64,000 nt of DNA from an uncultured Chloroflexia bacterium (GTDB lineage Bacteria > Chloroflexota > Limnocylindria > Limnocylindrales > CSP1-4). Numbering within the stretch: the first letter of the stretch is position 1; every line of letters begins with the position of its first letter. Below are positions 30,034 to 39,186 of the stretch, one piece after another. The notes below the pieces were generated by a model. It saw nothing but the letters and a program-made list of their open reading frames with translations, did no database searches and was not told the DNA's origin. The translations under genes were made by a program, and so were the position numbers. The stretch is taken from contig CAVVNQ010000016.1 of the NCBI GenBank assembly GCA_963749705.1, forward strand, positions 32,238 through 96,237, in the 5' to 3' direction.

Positions 30034-30830
30034 CCGGTGCGACCGTCCCGCGCGCCGGCCAACCGAACGTCGGCCGGTTGCGCGTCGGCCGGTCGCGCGC
30101 CCGCCCACGCCACCGCTCGCGCATCCGCGCGCCCCACGCCGCCCTTCTCGAGCAGCGCGTACTGGTAGCTGGCATCGGACCAGACCCGCGCATGCTCCCA
30201 GGGCTCGGCGTGGACGAGCCTGCCGAACGAGGTCGCGTCGAGGACCCGCACGCGGTCGGTGCCGCCCGGTGCGCGCCTCCGCCGCAGCGCCTCGAGCTGG
30301 GCGGCGACTCGCATCAGCGAGATCGGGACGGCCGCCCGAACCGAGGACCGCGGCTCGGCGATGAACAGGCGCCCGCCGGGTCGGAGGACCCGGTGCGCCT
30401 CGGCGACCACGCGCGCCGGGGCGTCGACCGTCGCGAGCAGGCGCGCGGACACCACCGCGTCGATGCTTGCGTCCTGGTACGGCAGCGCGGTTGCGTCACC
30501 CAGGTCGAACCGGCAGTTGCCGAGCCGCTCCGCGTCGCGGCGGGATCGCGCCCGCTCCAGCTGCGCGGGAGACCGGTCGAGGCCGACCACGTGCAGCTCG
30601 GCGAACCGGGCGGCGAGCCGCCGGGCGTAGAAGCCCGGGCCGCAGCCGAGCTCGAGCAGCGCGGAGCCGGTCGCGGGCCCCGAGGCAGGCCACAGCGCCG
30701 CGGCGATGCGATCCGTGTCGTCCCGGAACAGGTGCTCCCGGCAAAAGGCGTAGACCGCCGGCACCTGGTCGAACAGGCTGGGCAGGGTCGCCGCCTCCAC
30801 GAGGTTCGTGTCCAACGGCCGGTCAACCAT
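30030..30830 (-). CDS. class I SAM-dependent methyltransferase
   Basis: LELGCGPG, GDATALPY, HRVLRPGG. Confidence 0.9.
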   Translation of the reverse strand: MVDRPLDTNLVEAATLPSLFDQVPAVYAFCREHLFRDDTDRIAAALWPASGPATGSALLELGCGPGFYARRLAARFAELHVVGLDRSPAQLERARSRRDAERLGNCRFDLGDATALPYQDASIDAVVSARLLATVDAPARVVAEAHRVLRPGGRLFIAEPRSSVRAAVPISLMRVAAQLEALRRRRAPGGTDRVRVLDATSFGRLVHAEPWEHARVWSDASYQYALLEKGGVGRADARAVAWAGARPADAQPADVRLAGARDGRTG

Positions 30831-30894
30831 GCGGCCACCGGCGACCGTCGAACACGACGCGTCGTGGTCGGGAACCGGGCGGGCAACAACGCAA
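30823..30894 (-). CDS. putative 23-aa leader peptide MRCCPPGSRPRRVVFDGRRWPHG
   Basis: GAGGAG 7 nt before TTG 30894; stop overlaps the methyltransferase ATG, which has no SD of its own. Confidence 0.4.
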   Translation of the reverse strand: MRCCPPGSRPRRVVFDGRRWPHG

Positions 30895-31048
30895 GACCGG
30901 GCTCCTCGCTAGGTGGGGCGCCCGCGATGGGCCTCCGGGCACCGTCCACGCCCGACCATGCCGCGCGGCGGTGACGCCCTGATGACAGGACCGTCGGTGA
31001 GCGGGTGGCAGGTCCGACGCCGGGGGGTCCGCGCCGGACCCGGCGCAG

Positions 31049-32146
31049 CTACCCGGCTGCGGGCAGCTCGATCTCGAAGCGGGCGCCGCCGCCGGGCTCG
31101 TTGCCCGCGGACACCCGGCCCCCGTGGGCCTCGACCACGGCGCGCACGATCGCGAGACCCAGGCCCGACGTCCCGGTGGCCCGATCCCGCGCCGCGTCGG
31201 CCTGGTAGAACCGCTCGAACACATGCGGCAGGTCCGCCGGTGCGATGCCCGGTCCGGTATCGACGACCGCGATCACGACCGAGCTCCGGGCGGCGTGCGC
31301 GTCGATCCGGATCCGGCCACCGGCGGGCGTATGCCGGATGGCGTTGTCGGCGAGGGCGACGATCACCTGCCGCAGCCGGTCCGGGTCGCCGGACACCGAC
31401 AGCCCCGCGGCTCCGGACCCCTCGAGCTGCAGCCCGGCGGCCGTGGCCCGGGCGCCCAGGTCCCGCGCCACGGCGTCCAGCAGCGGACCGACCGCGACCG
31501 TCTCGCGTCGCAGCGGCAGCACACCGGCATCGGCCAGGCTGACGGTCCGCAGGTCGTCCACGATCCGGGCGAGCAGCCGGGACTGGTCCCGGATCGTCTC
31601 GAGGTGGCGGTCGTCGTGCGGGTATACGCCGTCGAGCACCGCGGACGTCGTCGCGTCGATCACGGCGAGGGGCGTCTTCAGCTCGTGCGCGGCGTCCTGG
31701 AAGAAGCGACGACGGGCGACCTCGGTCGCCTCGAGATCGGCGGCCATCGCGTCGAACGACCGACCGAGCGAGCCGATCTCGTCGGTGCGATCGCCCAGCC
31801 CGGAGCGTGCCCCGAGCTCGCCCCGGGCGACCGATGCCGCCGACGACTCGAGCCTGGCCAGCGGTCCCGCCACGCGGCTTGCGATCGCGAACCCGAGCAG
31901 CGACGCGACCCCGGCGGCGATCGCGGCCACGGCGATCAGCGTCATGGTCGTCTCGTCCTGGACCTGACGAGCGTGGATCCCGGCCATGACCCCCTGGCCC
32001 GGTCCCCGTCCCGGGCCCATCGTCCCATCGTCCTGCATCGCGGCGAAGCCGCGACCGACGATCGATGGCGCGGTCAGCGCGACGGCAACCGCCGTGATCA
32101 GGGCGACGGCCGCGAAGGCCGCGGCGAGCCGCAGGCGCAGGCTCAT
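31049..32146 (-). CDS. HAMP sensor histidine kinase (BaeS-like)
   Basis: AHELKTPL, DNAIRH, DTGPGI, GSGLGL-like G2 box (TSGLGL). Confidence 0.95.
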   Translation of the reverse strand: MSLRLRLAAAFAAVALITAVAVALTAPSIVGRGFAAMQDDGTMGPGRGPGQGVMAGIHARQVQDETTMTLIAVAAIAAGVASLLGFAIASRVAGPLARLESSAASVARGELGARSGLGDRTDEIGSLGRSFDAMAADLEATEVARRRFFQDAAHELKTPLAVIDATTSAVLDGVYPHDDRHLETIRDQSRLLARIVDDLRTVSLADAGVLPLRRETVAVGPLLDAVARDLGARATAAGLQLEGSGAAGLSVSGDPDRLRQVIVALADNAIRHTPAGGRIRIDAHAARSSVVIAVVDTGPGIAPADLPHVFERFYQADAARDRATGTSGLGLAIVRAVVEAHGGRVSAGNEPGGGARFEIELPAAG

Positions 32147-32877
32147 GGCCGCGCACCCCGGTAGCCGACGCCGCGCACCGTCTCCACGTACGCCGCTCCG
32201 TCCGGCCGGGCGCCGAGCTTGTGCCGAAGGTTCTTGACGTGGCTGTCGATCGTCCGGTCGTAGGCGTCGAAGGCCTCGCCGAACACGTGCTCGCCCAGCT
32301 GCTCTCTCGTCAGCGCGATGCCCGGACGGCCGGCGAGCACCGTGAGCAGGTCGAACTCGGCGCGGGTCAGCCCGACGACCGCGGTGCCGCGGCGGACCTC
32401 GCGGGCGCCATGGTCGATGGTGAGATCGAACCAGGTTTCCGTTCCCGTTCCGGGAGCTGCTGGGGCGCCGGCCGCCACGCCGCCTCCAGCGCCGGCCGCC
32501 GCTCCGGGCGCCGCCGCCGTGCGGCGAAGCACCGCTCCCACCCTGGCGACCAGCTCGCGCGGCTCGAACGGCTTGGTCACGTAGTCGTCGGCTCCGATCT
32601 CGAGACCGGCCACGCGGTCGATCACGTCGTCGCGGGCGGTGAGCATCACCACGGCCGCCCGGCTGCCGTCGCGCCGGAGGTCGCGAAGGACCTCGAACCC
32701 GGACCGCTTCGGGAGCATGACGTCGAGCACGACCAGGTCCGGCGCCTCGCCCCTCGCCAGCTCGAGCGCCGCGTCGCCGTCGGCGGCCGTACGCACGACG
32801 TGCCCATCCCGTTCGAGATAGGCACGCACGACGTCGACGATGTGCGGCTCGTCGTCGACCACCAGGATTCGAGCCAT
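32143..32877 (-). CDS. OmpR-family response regulator
   Basis: ILVVDDE, LDVMLP, GADDYVTKPF, ETVRGVGY. Confidence 0.95.
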   Translation of the reverse strand: MARILVVDDEPHIVDVVRAYLERDGHVVRTAADGDAALELARGEAPDLVVLDVMLPKRSGFEVLRDLRRDGSRAAVVMLTARDDVIDRVAGLEIGADDYVTKPFEPRELVARVGAVLRRTAAAPGAAAGAGGGVAAGAPAAPGTGTETWFDLTIDHGAREVRRGTAVVGLTRAEFDLLTVLAGRPGIALTREQLGEHVFGEAFDAYDRTIDSHVKNLRHKLGARPDGAAYVETVRGVGYRGARP

Positions 32878-32941
32878 GGGGCGAGGATGACAGACGACGG
32901 CCGGGCGCGTGCCCGGTCGTCGTCCGTCGCTTCCCGTCCGG

Positions 32942-33487
32942 TTACGAACGGCCGGCGCCGTTGGGGCCGGTGCCGTCACAGATCCCGGTGCCGGTGCCCG
33001 GTCCCATCCCGCCGCCATTGGCCGCGCCCATGCCGGCGCCCCGGCCTGCGCCCTGGCCCGCGGTGCCCGTCGCATTCGGACCCGCACCGACGGCAGCGCC
33101 GCGCATCCCGCCGGCGGCGGCCTGATTGACCATGGCCTTCGCCCGGAGGTCGAGCTGGGTCTTGAGCGCCGTTGCCTCGTCCGTCGTCAGCGCGCCGTAC
33201 GTGACGCGGGCCTCGATGCGCTCGCTCCACTGGGCAACCAACGCGTCGACCAGCACCTGCGGATCGACCTGCTGCCGCTCGGCGATCTGGGCGAGGGTCA
33301 TGCCGTCATGACGCAGATCCATGACCTCGGCCTGCGAGAGTCGCAGGAGGGTGGGCAGGGTGTCGCGTGCTCGAACCTGGTCGGCCGCCGGCGCGGGCGT
33401 CGGCGTCGGGTTCGCGGCGGCGACGGTCGCGACGACCGCAAGGATCGCGAATGCCGCGATCGTGAGCGCAAGGGTGAGTCGTTTCAT
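32942..33487 (-). CDS. secreted protein with Gly/Met-rich tail
   Basis: Signal peptide; GMTLAQIAE; C-terminal GxG repeats with ICDGTGP. Confidence 0.8.
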   Translation of the reverse strand: MKRLTLALTIAAFAILAVVATVAAANPTPTPAPAADQVRARDTLPTLLRLSQAEVMDLRHDGMTLAQIAERQQVDPQVLVDALVAQWSERIEARVTYGALTTDEATALKTQLDLRAKAMVNQAAAGGMRGAAVGAGPNATGTAGQGAGRGAGMGAANGGGMGPGTGTGICDGTGPNGAGRS

Positions 33488-33633
33488 CGTCAGTCTCCTG
33501 TCTGATCGCTTGCCGATGGTCTCGGCACACCGTTCCCGGTGTCGAGATCGATCGTCGCGGGGCTCGATGGAGCGACGATGGAGACCGCGTGGAGGCTGGG
33601 CGGAGGTCCGGCGTCGAAGGTTCGCGCCAGACG

Positions 33634-34149
33634 TCAGACGGGGCAGGCCCCGCCGCGGGCGCGAAGGCGCATCCGCCAGGCGATCGTGCCGGCCAGCAGC
33701 GCGAGCGAGGCTGCGCCGATCAGCGGCTGGAGCGGCGCATAGATCGACATCGCGCCGCTCGCCCCGAGCAGGACCAGCGCGATCTTGTTGCACACCGGGC
33801 AGCCGATGGCCAGGAACGCCCCGAAGCTCCCGATGGCGCCCAGCGTCGACCCGTCCTGCCCGGCGGGGATGGCCGCGGCGTGCGATGCGGCGGCATCACC
33901 CAGCGGGCTGGCGATGGTCGAAGCCCCGGAACGCACCGGTGCCGTGTACGTCGCGCCCACGATCCCCATCAACGGTGCCGAGATCAGCCAGACCCAGATC
34001 GCGAACGGCTCGGGCGGGACCTGCCGCCCGAACACGGGATTGGGGATGATCGCGGACACGACGCCGAAGGCGACCAGGGCGACCGCCGTCCAGGCTGCGG
34101 TCCAGCCCGCAAACCGCAGGTCGATGGCCAGCGTCTCGCGGCAGCGCAT
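33634..34149 (-). CDS. membrane protein with GCPVCNK motif
   Basis: IIPNPVFGR, AIGCPVCNK, C-terminal CPV; overlaps the rhodanese stop. Confidence 0.82.
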   Translation of the reverse strand: MRCRETLAIDLRFAGWTAAWTAVALVAFGVVSAIIPNPVFGRQVPPEPFAIWVWLISAPLMGIVGATYTAPVRSGASTIASPLGDAAASHAAAIPAGQDGSTLGAIGSFGAFLAIGCPVCNKIALVLLGASGAMSIYAPLQPLIGAASLALLAGTIAWRMRLRARGGACPV

Positions 34150-34706
34150 CACGATCGCGGGACCTGCACCAGCTCCCTGCCGCTCGCCACCCACGCGGAC
34201 ATGCCGCCGTCGAGGTTCTCGATGTTCGTGTAGCCGAGGTCGAGCAGGGTCTGCGACGCGATCGCGCTCTCGGCGCCGGACCGGCAGTAGACGACGATCG
34301 GCGCAGCCTTGTCGGCCGGGAGCTCCGCGGAACGGGCCGCGAGATCGGTGTACGGGATGTACAGGTCCGTGCCGGCGATCTCGCCGATGTACGGGGTCTT
34401 CACGTTGACCAGGGTGAAGTCCTTGGCACGGAGCTTCGTTGCGAGCGTGTCCGGCGTGATGTTGGTCCACGTGCCGCCGTTGCCCTGCACGACCGTTCCG
34501 GGCGAACCGCCGGCCGGTGTCGAAGGTGACGATGAAAGCGCGATCCCGACCACGAGCGCGACGACCGCGATGACCGCGCCGCCGATGATCCACGCCCAGG
34601 TGCCGGTGCGCCGGGCGCCGCGGCCCGTCCCGGTTCGCGCACCGGACGACCTCGCGCCGGCCGCGCGCCGCGTCGACCGGGTCTGGCGTGCCCTGGTGTC
34701 AGCCAC
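34149..34706 (-). CDS. membrane-anchored rhodanese-like domain protein
   Basis: TM; VVYCRSGAES..NLDGGMSAW. Confidence 0.9.
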   Translation of the reverse strand: MADTRARQTRSTRRAAGARSSGARTGTGRGARRTGTWAWIIGGAVIAVVALVVGIALSSSPSTPAGGSPGTVVQGNGGTWTNITPDTLATKLRAKDFTLVNVKTPYIGEIAGTDLYIPYTDLAARSAELPADKAAPIVVYCRSGAESAIASQTLLDLGYTNIENLDGGMSAWVASGRELVQVPRS

Positions 34707-34718
34707 GTCCGTCCCCTC

Positions 34719-35213
34719 TCAGCTCTTCGCCGCGACCGTCGCCGCGGACGGGTCCGATGGCCCGAGGACGAGCACCTCGGCGGTCTGCTCGTTGCCCGTC
34801 CCGTCGTGGATCACGTAGGCGTGGTGGATCTCGGTGATCCCGGTCGCCAGCGTGGCACCCACCGCGCAGTACTTGCTCGCCGACAGCTCGATCGCCCGGC
34901 GGACGGCTTCCGGGTCGATCGCCGGGCCTTCGACGTGGTGGACGACATCGATCCGGGTGAATGCGTTGGGGTGCTCGTCCTGCTGGATGCCGCTCGCCTC
35001 GACCTCGTACCGGCGCACGTCCTGGCGCTTCTTGCGCAGGATCGAGATCACGTCCATCGCGGTGCACCCCGCGAGCGCGAGCGGGACGAGCTCCGCGGGG
35101 CGGGCGCCGGCGTTACCGGACCCGTCGTCGAGGACGATCGAGTGGCCGCTGTCGACCCGACCGACGAAGCGCATGTCGCCGTCGAGGGTGACGGTCGAGG
35201 TCTTGGTTGCCAT
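34719..35213 (-). CDS. OsmC/Ohr family protein
   Basis: PAELVPLALAGCTAMDV..KYCAV. Confidence 0.92.
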   Translation of the reverse strand: MATKTSTVTLDGDMRFVGRVDSGHSIVLDDGSGNAGARPAELVPLALAGCTAMDVISILRKKRQDVRRYEVEASGIQQDEHPNAFTRIDVVHHVEGPAIDPEAVRRAIELSASKYCAVGATLATGITEIHHAYVIHDGTGNEQTAEVLVLGPSDPSAATVAAKS

Positions 35214-35236
35214 GGCGGTAGCTCCGAACGTGGGTT

Positions 35237-35644
35237 TCAGGAAGCGGGGTGGATGGCGGCGACGGCCCGGCGCAGCCTGGCGGCGGCCTCCTCCGCGACG
35301 GCATGGACCGCGGCCGTCTGGACGATGCCGAGCGCGGCCATCGGGTCCATCGCCTCGACGATGGTGTCGGGGCCGTCCTCGCGCAGGACGACGTTGCACG
35401 GGAGCAGGGTCCCGACGGCCGGATCCGCCTCGATCGCGCGGTGGGCGAGCGGTGGGTTGCAGGCGCCGAGGATCACGTACGGCGCCCGCTCCACGCCGAG
35501 CTTCGCCTTGAGGGTCGCCTGGACGTCGACCTCGGTCAGGACGCCGAAGCCCTCGGCCCGCAGCGCCGCCTCGACGGCCGGCCGGGTCTGTGCGAGCGAC
35601 CCGCGGAGTCGGGTGCCGAACGTGAAGCTGGTCTGGATCGACAT
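35237..35644 (-). CDS. DUF302 domain protein
   Basis: EGFGVLTEVDV..ILGACNP..LLPCNVV. Confidence 0.92.
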   Translation of the reverse strand: MSIQTSFTFGTRLRGSLAQTRPAVEAALRAEGFGVLTEVDVQATLKAKLGVERAPYVILGACNPPLAHRAIEADPAVGTLLPCNVVLREDGPDTIVEAMDPMAALGIVQTAAVHAVAEEAAARLRRAVAAIHPAS

Positions 35645-35649
35645 CGGGA

Positions 35650-36030
35650 TCACCTCGGGGTGGCCGCCGTGCGGGTGGCCGTGGCGGCAGCGACCGGACG
35701 GGCCGCGACGCGCCGCTCCACGATCGCATGAATGACATCGCACGCCTCGACGATCGCCGGCTCGGCGAGGCGGTAGTGGACGGTCGTCCCGGACCGGCGC
35801 CCCTCGACGAGCCCCGCCCCGCGCAGCACGGCCAGGTGCTGGCTGGCATTGGGCAGCGCGACCCCGATCACCGCGGCGAGCTCGCCGACCGAGCGTTCAC
35901 CGGCCCGAAGGGCGTCGAGCAGCATCAGGCGCTTGGGATCGGTCAGGACCTTGCACACGTCGGCATGCATCCGGTACCGCTGGAGCTCGTCCTCGGTGGT
36001 CGTGGGTTCGAAGGCGCGAGTCGTCGTCAT
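35650..36030 (-). CDS. ArsR/SmtB family regulator with two Cys
   Basis: DPKRLMLL..SVGELA..SQHLAVLR; DVCKV and EACDV. Confidence 0.92.
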   Translation of the reverse strand: MTTTRAFEPTTTEDELQRYRMHADVCKVLTDPKRLMLLDALRAGERSVGELAAVIGVALPNASQHLAVLRGAGLVEGRRSGTTVHYRLAEPAIVEACDVIHAIVERRVAARPVAAATATRTAATPR

Positions 36031-36039
36031 GGTGTCGAC

Positions 36040-36070
36040 AGCGTACCGCTGATTGCATACTTGCGCAAGT
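36040..36070 (-). promoter_or_regulatory. arsR promoter TTGCGC-N17-TACGCT with palindrome ACTTGCGCAAGT over the -35
   Basis: Perfect 12-bp palindrome at 36059-36070 in an AT-rich patch. Confidence 0.6.
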
Positions 36071-36714
36071 TACAGATTACCTGCGGTTCCCACGATTCGC
36101 CGACGCGCGAGGATGACCGCGTCGATCGGAACCGGACCGCGGTCCGACCCCCGTCGCGCGGTCTCCGCGCGGAGGATCTCGAAGTCCGGTTCGAGCTCGG
36201 CGACGATCTCCGCCGGGATGAACAGGACGGATGGGTCCTGCGGGCCGCCGACGCCCTCGACCAGGTTCGCCCGGTCATGGGCGACGACCAGGAGCAACCC
36301 GCCGGGCGCGACGGCCGCGGCCGCGCCGCCGTAGACGCGCTGCCGCTCGTCGATCGGCATGTGGATGAACACCAGCACGACCAGGTCGTAGGTCGCGGGA
36401 TCGGGGCGCCACGCCAGCAGGTCCTCCCGGCGCCACTCGACGTCCGCACCGACGGCCGCGGCCCGGGCGCTTGCGCGCTCGATCGCGACGGTCGAGAAGT
36501 CCACGGCGGTGACCCGCCACCCGTGCCGCGCCAGCCAGATCGCGTTGCGTCCGTCGCCCGACCCGAGATCCAGCACCCGCCCCGGCTGCAGGCCTGTGCA
36601 GACCTCGACCAGCGTCGGATCCGGTTCGGACGATTCGATCGGATCCCGGCCGGCGTGCCGCTCATCCCATAGCGCACGTCGATCGATGGCCGCGCCCGGA
36701 TCCCCGTCGCTCAC
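36070..36714 (-). CDS. class I SAM-dependent methyltransferase
   Basis: LDLGSGDGRNAIWLA..VDFS..GVGGPQDP. Confidence 0.9.
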   Translation of the reverse strand: MSDGDPGAAIDRRALWDERHAGRDPIESSEPDPTLVEVCTGLQPGRVLDLGSGDGRNAIWLARHGWRVTAVDFSTVAIERASARAAAVGADVEWRREDLLAWRPDPATYDLVVLVFIHMPIDERQRVYGGAAAAVAPGGLLLVVAHDRANLVEGVGGPQDPSVLFIPAEIVAELEPDFEILRAETARRGSDRGPVPIDAVILARRRIVGTAGNL

Positions 36715-37517
36715 CGCGTCGTCCTCCGTCCCGGTTCGGCCTCCAGCCGCTCGCGGATGCGCGCGGCCATGGCGTCCTCGACCACGGTATCCGGATCCCG
36801 CAGCCCGCCGAGCGATGCCCGTACCCCGACCAGGCTCGCGTACAGCGGCGGGCAGGTCGGGCAGCCCTGCAGGTGCGACTCGACGGCGGCGCGCGTCTGG
36901 GCGTCGAGCTCCCCATCGAGATAGGCGGACACGTGGCGGCGGGCGCGCCAGCACCGCAGCGGCTGGGCCAGGCTCGCCTGGCGTCGCTCGTCATCCTCGG
37001 CCAGCGCGCTGACCAGCATCATCCGTCCCCTCCGTAGCCGCTGCTTGGTCGCGGGCAGGCCGGTGGACATGGCTGCCGCGATCTCCGCCGCCGTCCAGCC
37101 CAGCACGTCGTGCAGCACGACCGGGACCCGGTAGATCACGGGCAGTCGTGCCAGGCCATCCTCCAGCTCATCGTGGAGCTCGGCACGCTCGAGCACCCGC
37201 TCCGGGGCGACCGAATAGCGATCGTCGTGCCAGTCCGCCTCGACGGCATCGATGTCGAGCTCCTGGTGGTGCGCACGGGCCCGGTCGATGATCCGGTTCA
37301 CCAGGCTCCGGCGCAGCCAGGCCGCGAGTGCCCCGGGGTCCCGAAGCTGGTCCCGCCGGCGCCACGCGCCGATGATCGTCTCCTGGGCACAGTCCTCGGC
37401 CTGGTCCGGATCGCGGACGAGGCGGAGGGCGATGCCGACGAGCCTCGGGAGCTCGGCCACCAGGGCTCCCGCGAACGCGTCGCCGGGCGGCGGGAGCCCC
37501 TGGTCGTGGTCCGTCAT
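36711..37517 (-). CDS. ECF sigma factor with fused C-terminal zf-HC2 (ZAS) domain
   Basis: Sigma regions 2 and 4, then CWRARRHVSAYLDGEL..HLQGCPTC. Confidence 0.88.
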   Translation of the reverse strand: MTDHDQGLPPPGDAFAGALVAELPRLVGIALRLVRDPDQAEDCAQETIIGAWRRRDQLRDPGALAAWLRRSLVNRIIDRARAHHQELDIDAVEADWHDDRYSVAPERVLERAELHDELEDGLARLPVIYRVPVVLHDVLGWTAAEIAAAMSTGLPATKQRLRRGRMMLVSALAEDDERRQASLAQPLRCWRARRHVSAYLDGELDAQTRAAVESHLQGCPTCPPLYASLVGVRASLGGLRDPDTVVEDAMAARIRERLEAEPGRRTTR

Positions 37518-37545
37518 CGGCGCCGGATCGCCTCGCGCTTGCCCG

Positions 37546-37758
37546 TCAGCGGGCGTGGGGCTTCGTGCTCACGCGCAGGATCGCGTACAGCGGGCAGAAG
37601 CCGACGATACCAGTCACGACCAGGATCGCGGCCACCACCCAGGCAACGTACAGCCAGGGAGCAGCAAACGTGCCGGCCACGGCGGCGATGGCCAGCACGA
37701 CGCCGACCAGGATCCGCAGTGCGCGGTCGATGGGGGCTTCGTTGGTCGGGAGCTTCAT
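37546..37758 (-). CDS. DUF2892 (YgaP-like) membrane protein
   Basis: NEAPIDRALR..TGIVGFCPLYAIL. Confidence 0.88.
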   Translation of the reverse strand: MKLPTNEAPIDRALRILVGVVLAIAAVAGTFAAPWLYVAWVVAAILVVTGIVGFCPLYAILRVSTKPHAR

Positions 37759-37836
37759 GTCGATGACCTCGTCATGTCGTGGGGCTCGTTCGAGCCCTCC
37801 TGTCCAATGGACGAGGTGCAGCCCCAAAGGGATACA

Positions 37837-38964
37837 TCAGTCCCCGAGGCAGGTCCCGACGTGGCGCGCCGCGGCGATCCATGGATGGTCGACGGGGACG
37901 ACGTGACGATGACCTGCAACGTCCTCCAGCGACACCGCCTCGGTCCCGTTGCCGCGAGCGGCGACCATCACGCCGAAGGTGCCTGCTTCCACGAGGTCCG
38001 CCGCGGCGCTGCCCAGGCGCGTGGCGAGCAACCGGTCGATCGGCGACGGCGTGCCGCCCCGCTGGATATAGCCCAGGATCGACACCCGCAATTCGAGGCC
38101 CGTCAGCTGCTCCAGCTGGTGCGCCAGTCGCAGCGTGTTGCCGATGTGCTGCGTCTCCAGCAGGGCGACCTCGGCCTTGGCCGCGACCCTGGCGGCCGGC
38201 TCCTTCGCGCGCTCGACCCTCGCCTCGGCAGCCTCGAGCTCGCGGGCGTCGACGGCGCTGCGCGCGCCCTCCGCGACGGCGACGATGCTGAAGTTGGTGC
38301 CACGACGGACGCGCCGCTTGATCGCGGCCGCAACGGACGCGACCTCGTACGGGATCTCGGGGATCAGGATCACGTCCGCGCCGCCCGCAAGCCCGGCACC
38401 GAGGGTGAGCCAGCCAGCGCGGTGTCCCATCAGCTCCGCGACGATGATCCGGTGGTGGCTGTGGGCGGTGCTGTGGAGCCGGTCGACTGCATCGGTCGCG
38501 ATCTCGAGCGCCGTCGCAAACCCGATCGAGGCATCGGTCTCGGCAAGGTCCCCGTCGATCGTCTTGGGCAGCGTGATGACGTCGAGCCCGGCCTTGGCGA
38601 CGCGGAGCGCGTTCTTTGCTGTCCCGTCGCCGCCGATGCATACCAGCCCGTCGAGTCTCGCCTTGCGATACGTCGCAACGATGGTCTCGATCATGTCGCG
38701 GATCTCGCCGTCGATCAGCATCTTGTGCGGCTTGTCGCGACTCGTGCCCAGGATGGTGCCGCCCACCGTGAGGATGTTGGCGAGCTTCGCCTTGTCGAGG
38801 CGAACGCGTCGGTCCTCGGCGAGGCCCCGGAACCCGTCCCGGAAGCCGATCACCTCCATCCCGTAGGTGCTGATCGCCGCCTTGCCGAAGCCGCGGATCG
38901 CGGCGTTGAGGCCCGGGCTGTCACCGCCCGCAGTGAGGATACCGACGCGTCGATGGCGTGCCAT
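37837..38964 (-). CDS. pfkA: 6-phosphofructokinase
   Basis: [42 protein letters not shown]. Confidence 0.95.
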   Translation of the reverse strand: MARHRRVGILTAGGDSPGLNAAIRGFGKAAISTYGMEVIGFRDGFRGLAEDRRVRLDKAKLANILTVGGTILGTSRDKPHKMLIDGEIRDMIETIVATYRKARLDGLVCIGGDGTAKNALRVAKAGLDVITLPKTIDGDLAETDASIGFATALEIATDAVDRLHSTAHSHHRIIVAELMGHRAGWLTLGAGLAGGADVILIPEIPYEVASVAAAIKRRVRRGTNFSIVAVAEGARSAVDARELEAAEARVERAKEPAARVAAKAEVALLETQHIGNTLRLAHQLEQLTGLELRVSILGYIQRGGTPSPIDRLLATRLGSAAADLVEAGTFGVMVAARGNGTEAVSLEDVAGHRHVVPVDHPWIAAARHVGTCLGD

Positions 38965-39186
38965 GCCTCGATCCTACGCCGCGGATGTGGGGCCGGGATG
39001 CTCACGTTGCGGTATGCCGAAGGGCCCTTGGAGCCGGGGCCGGACGGAGGCCACGATTGGCGCAACGATCGCGGGGCGCCCAGCGCCGTGAGGTGCCGGG
39101 CCGGCTTCCGTGATCCCCGACCCTCCAGCGGGCGTAGCCTTGAACAGGCGACCGACGCCGCCACAGGAACCGAGGAGCCAACGCTC

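Noticed and set aside
30030-30830. ArsM arsenite methyltransferase
   Set aside because: The conserved ArsM cysteine pattern is not evident and no arsS radical SAM gene is nearby
37252-39186. 1083-aa citrate synthase fusion in the ORF track
   Set aside because: The extension is antisense to pfkA, DUF2892 and the ECF gene; an RBS supports the start at 39187
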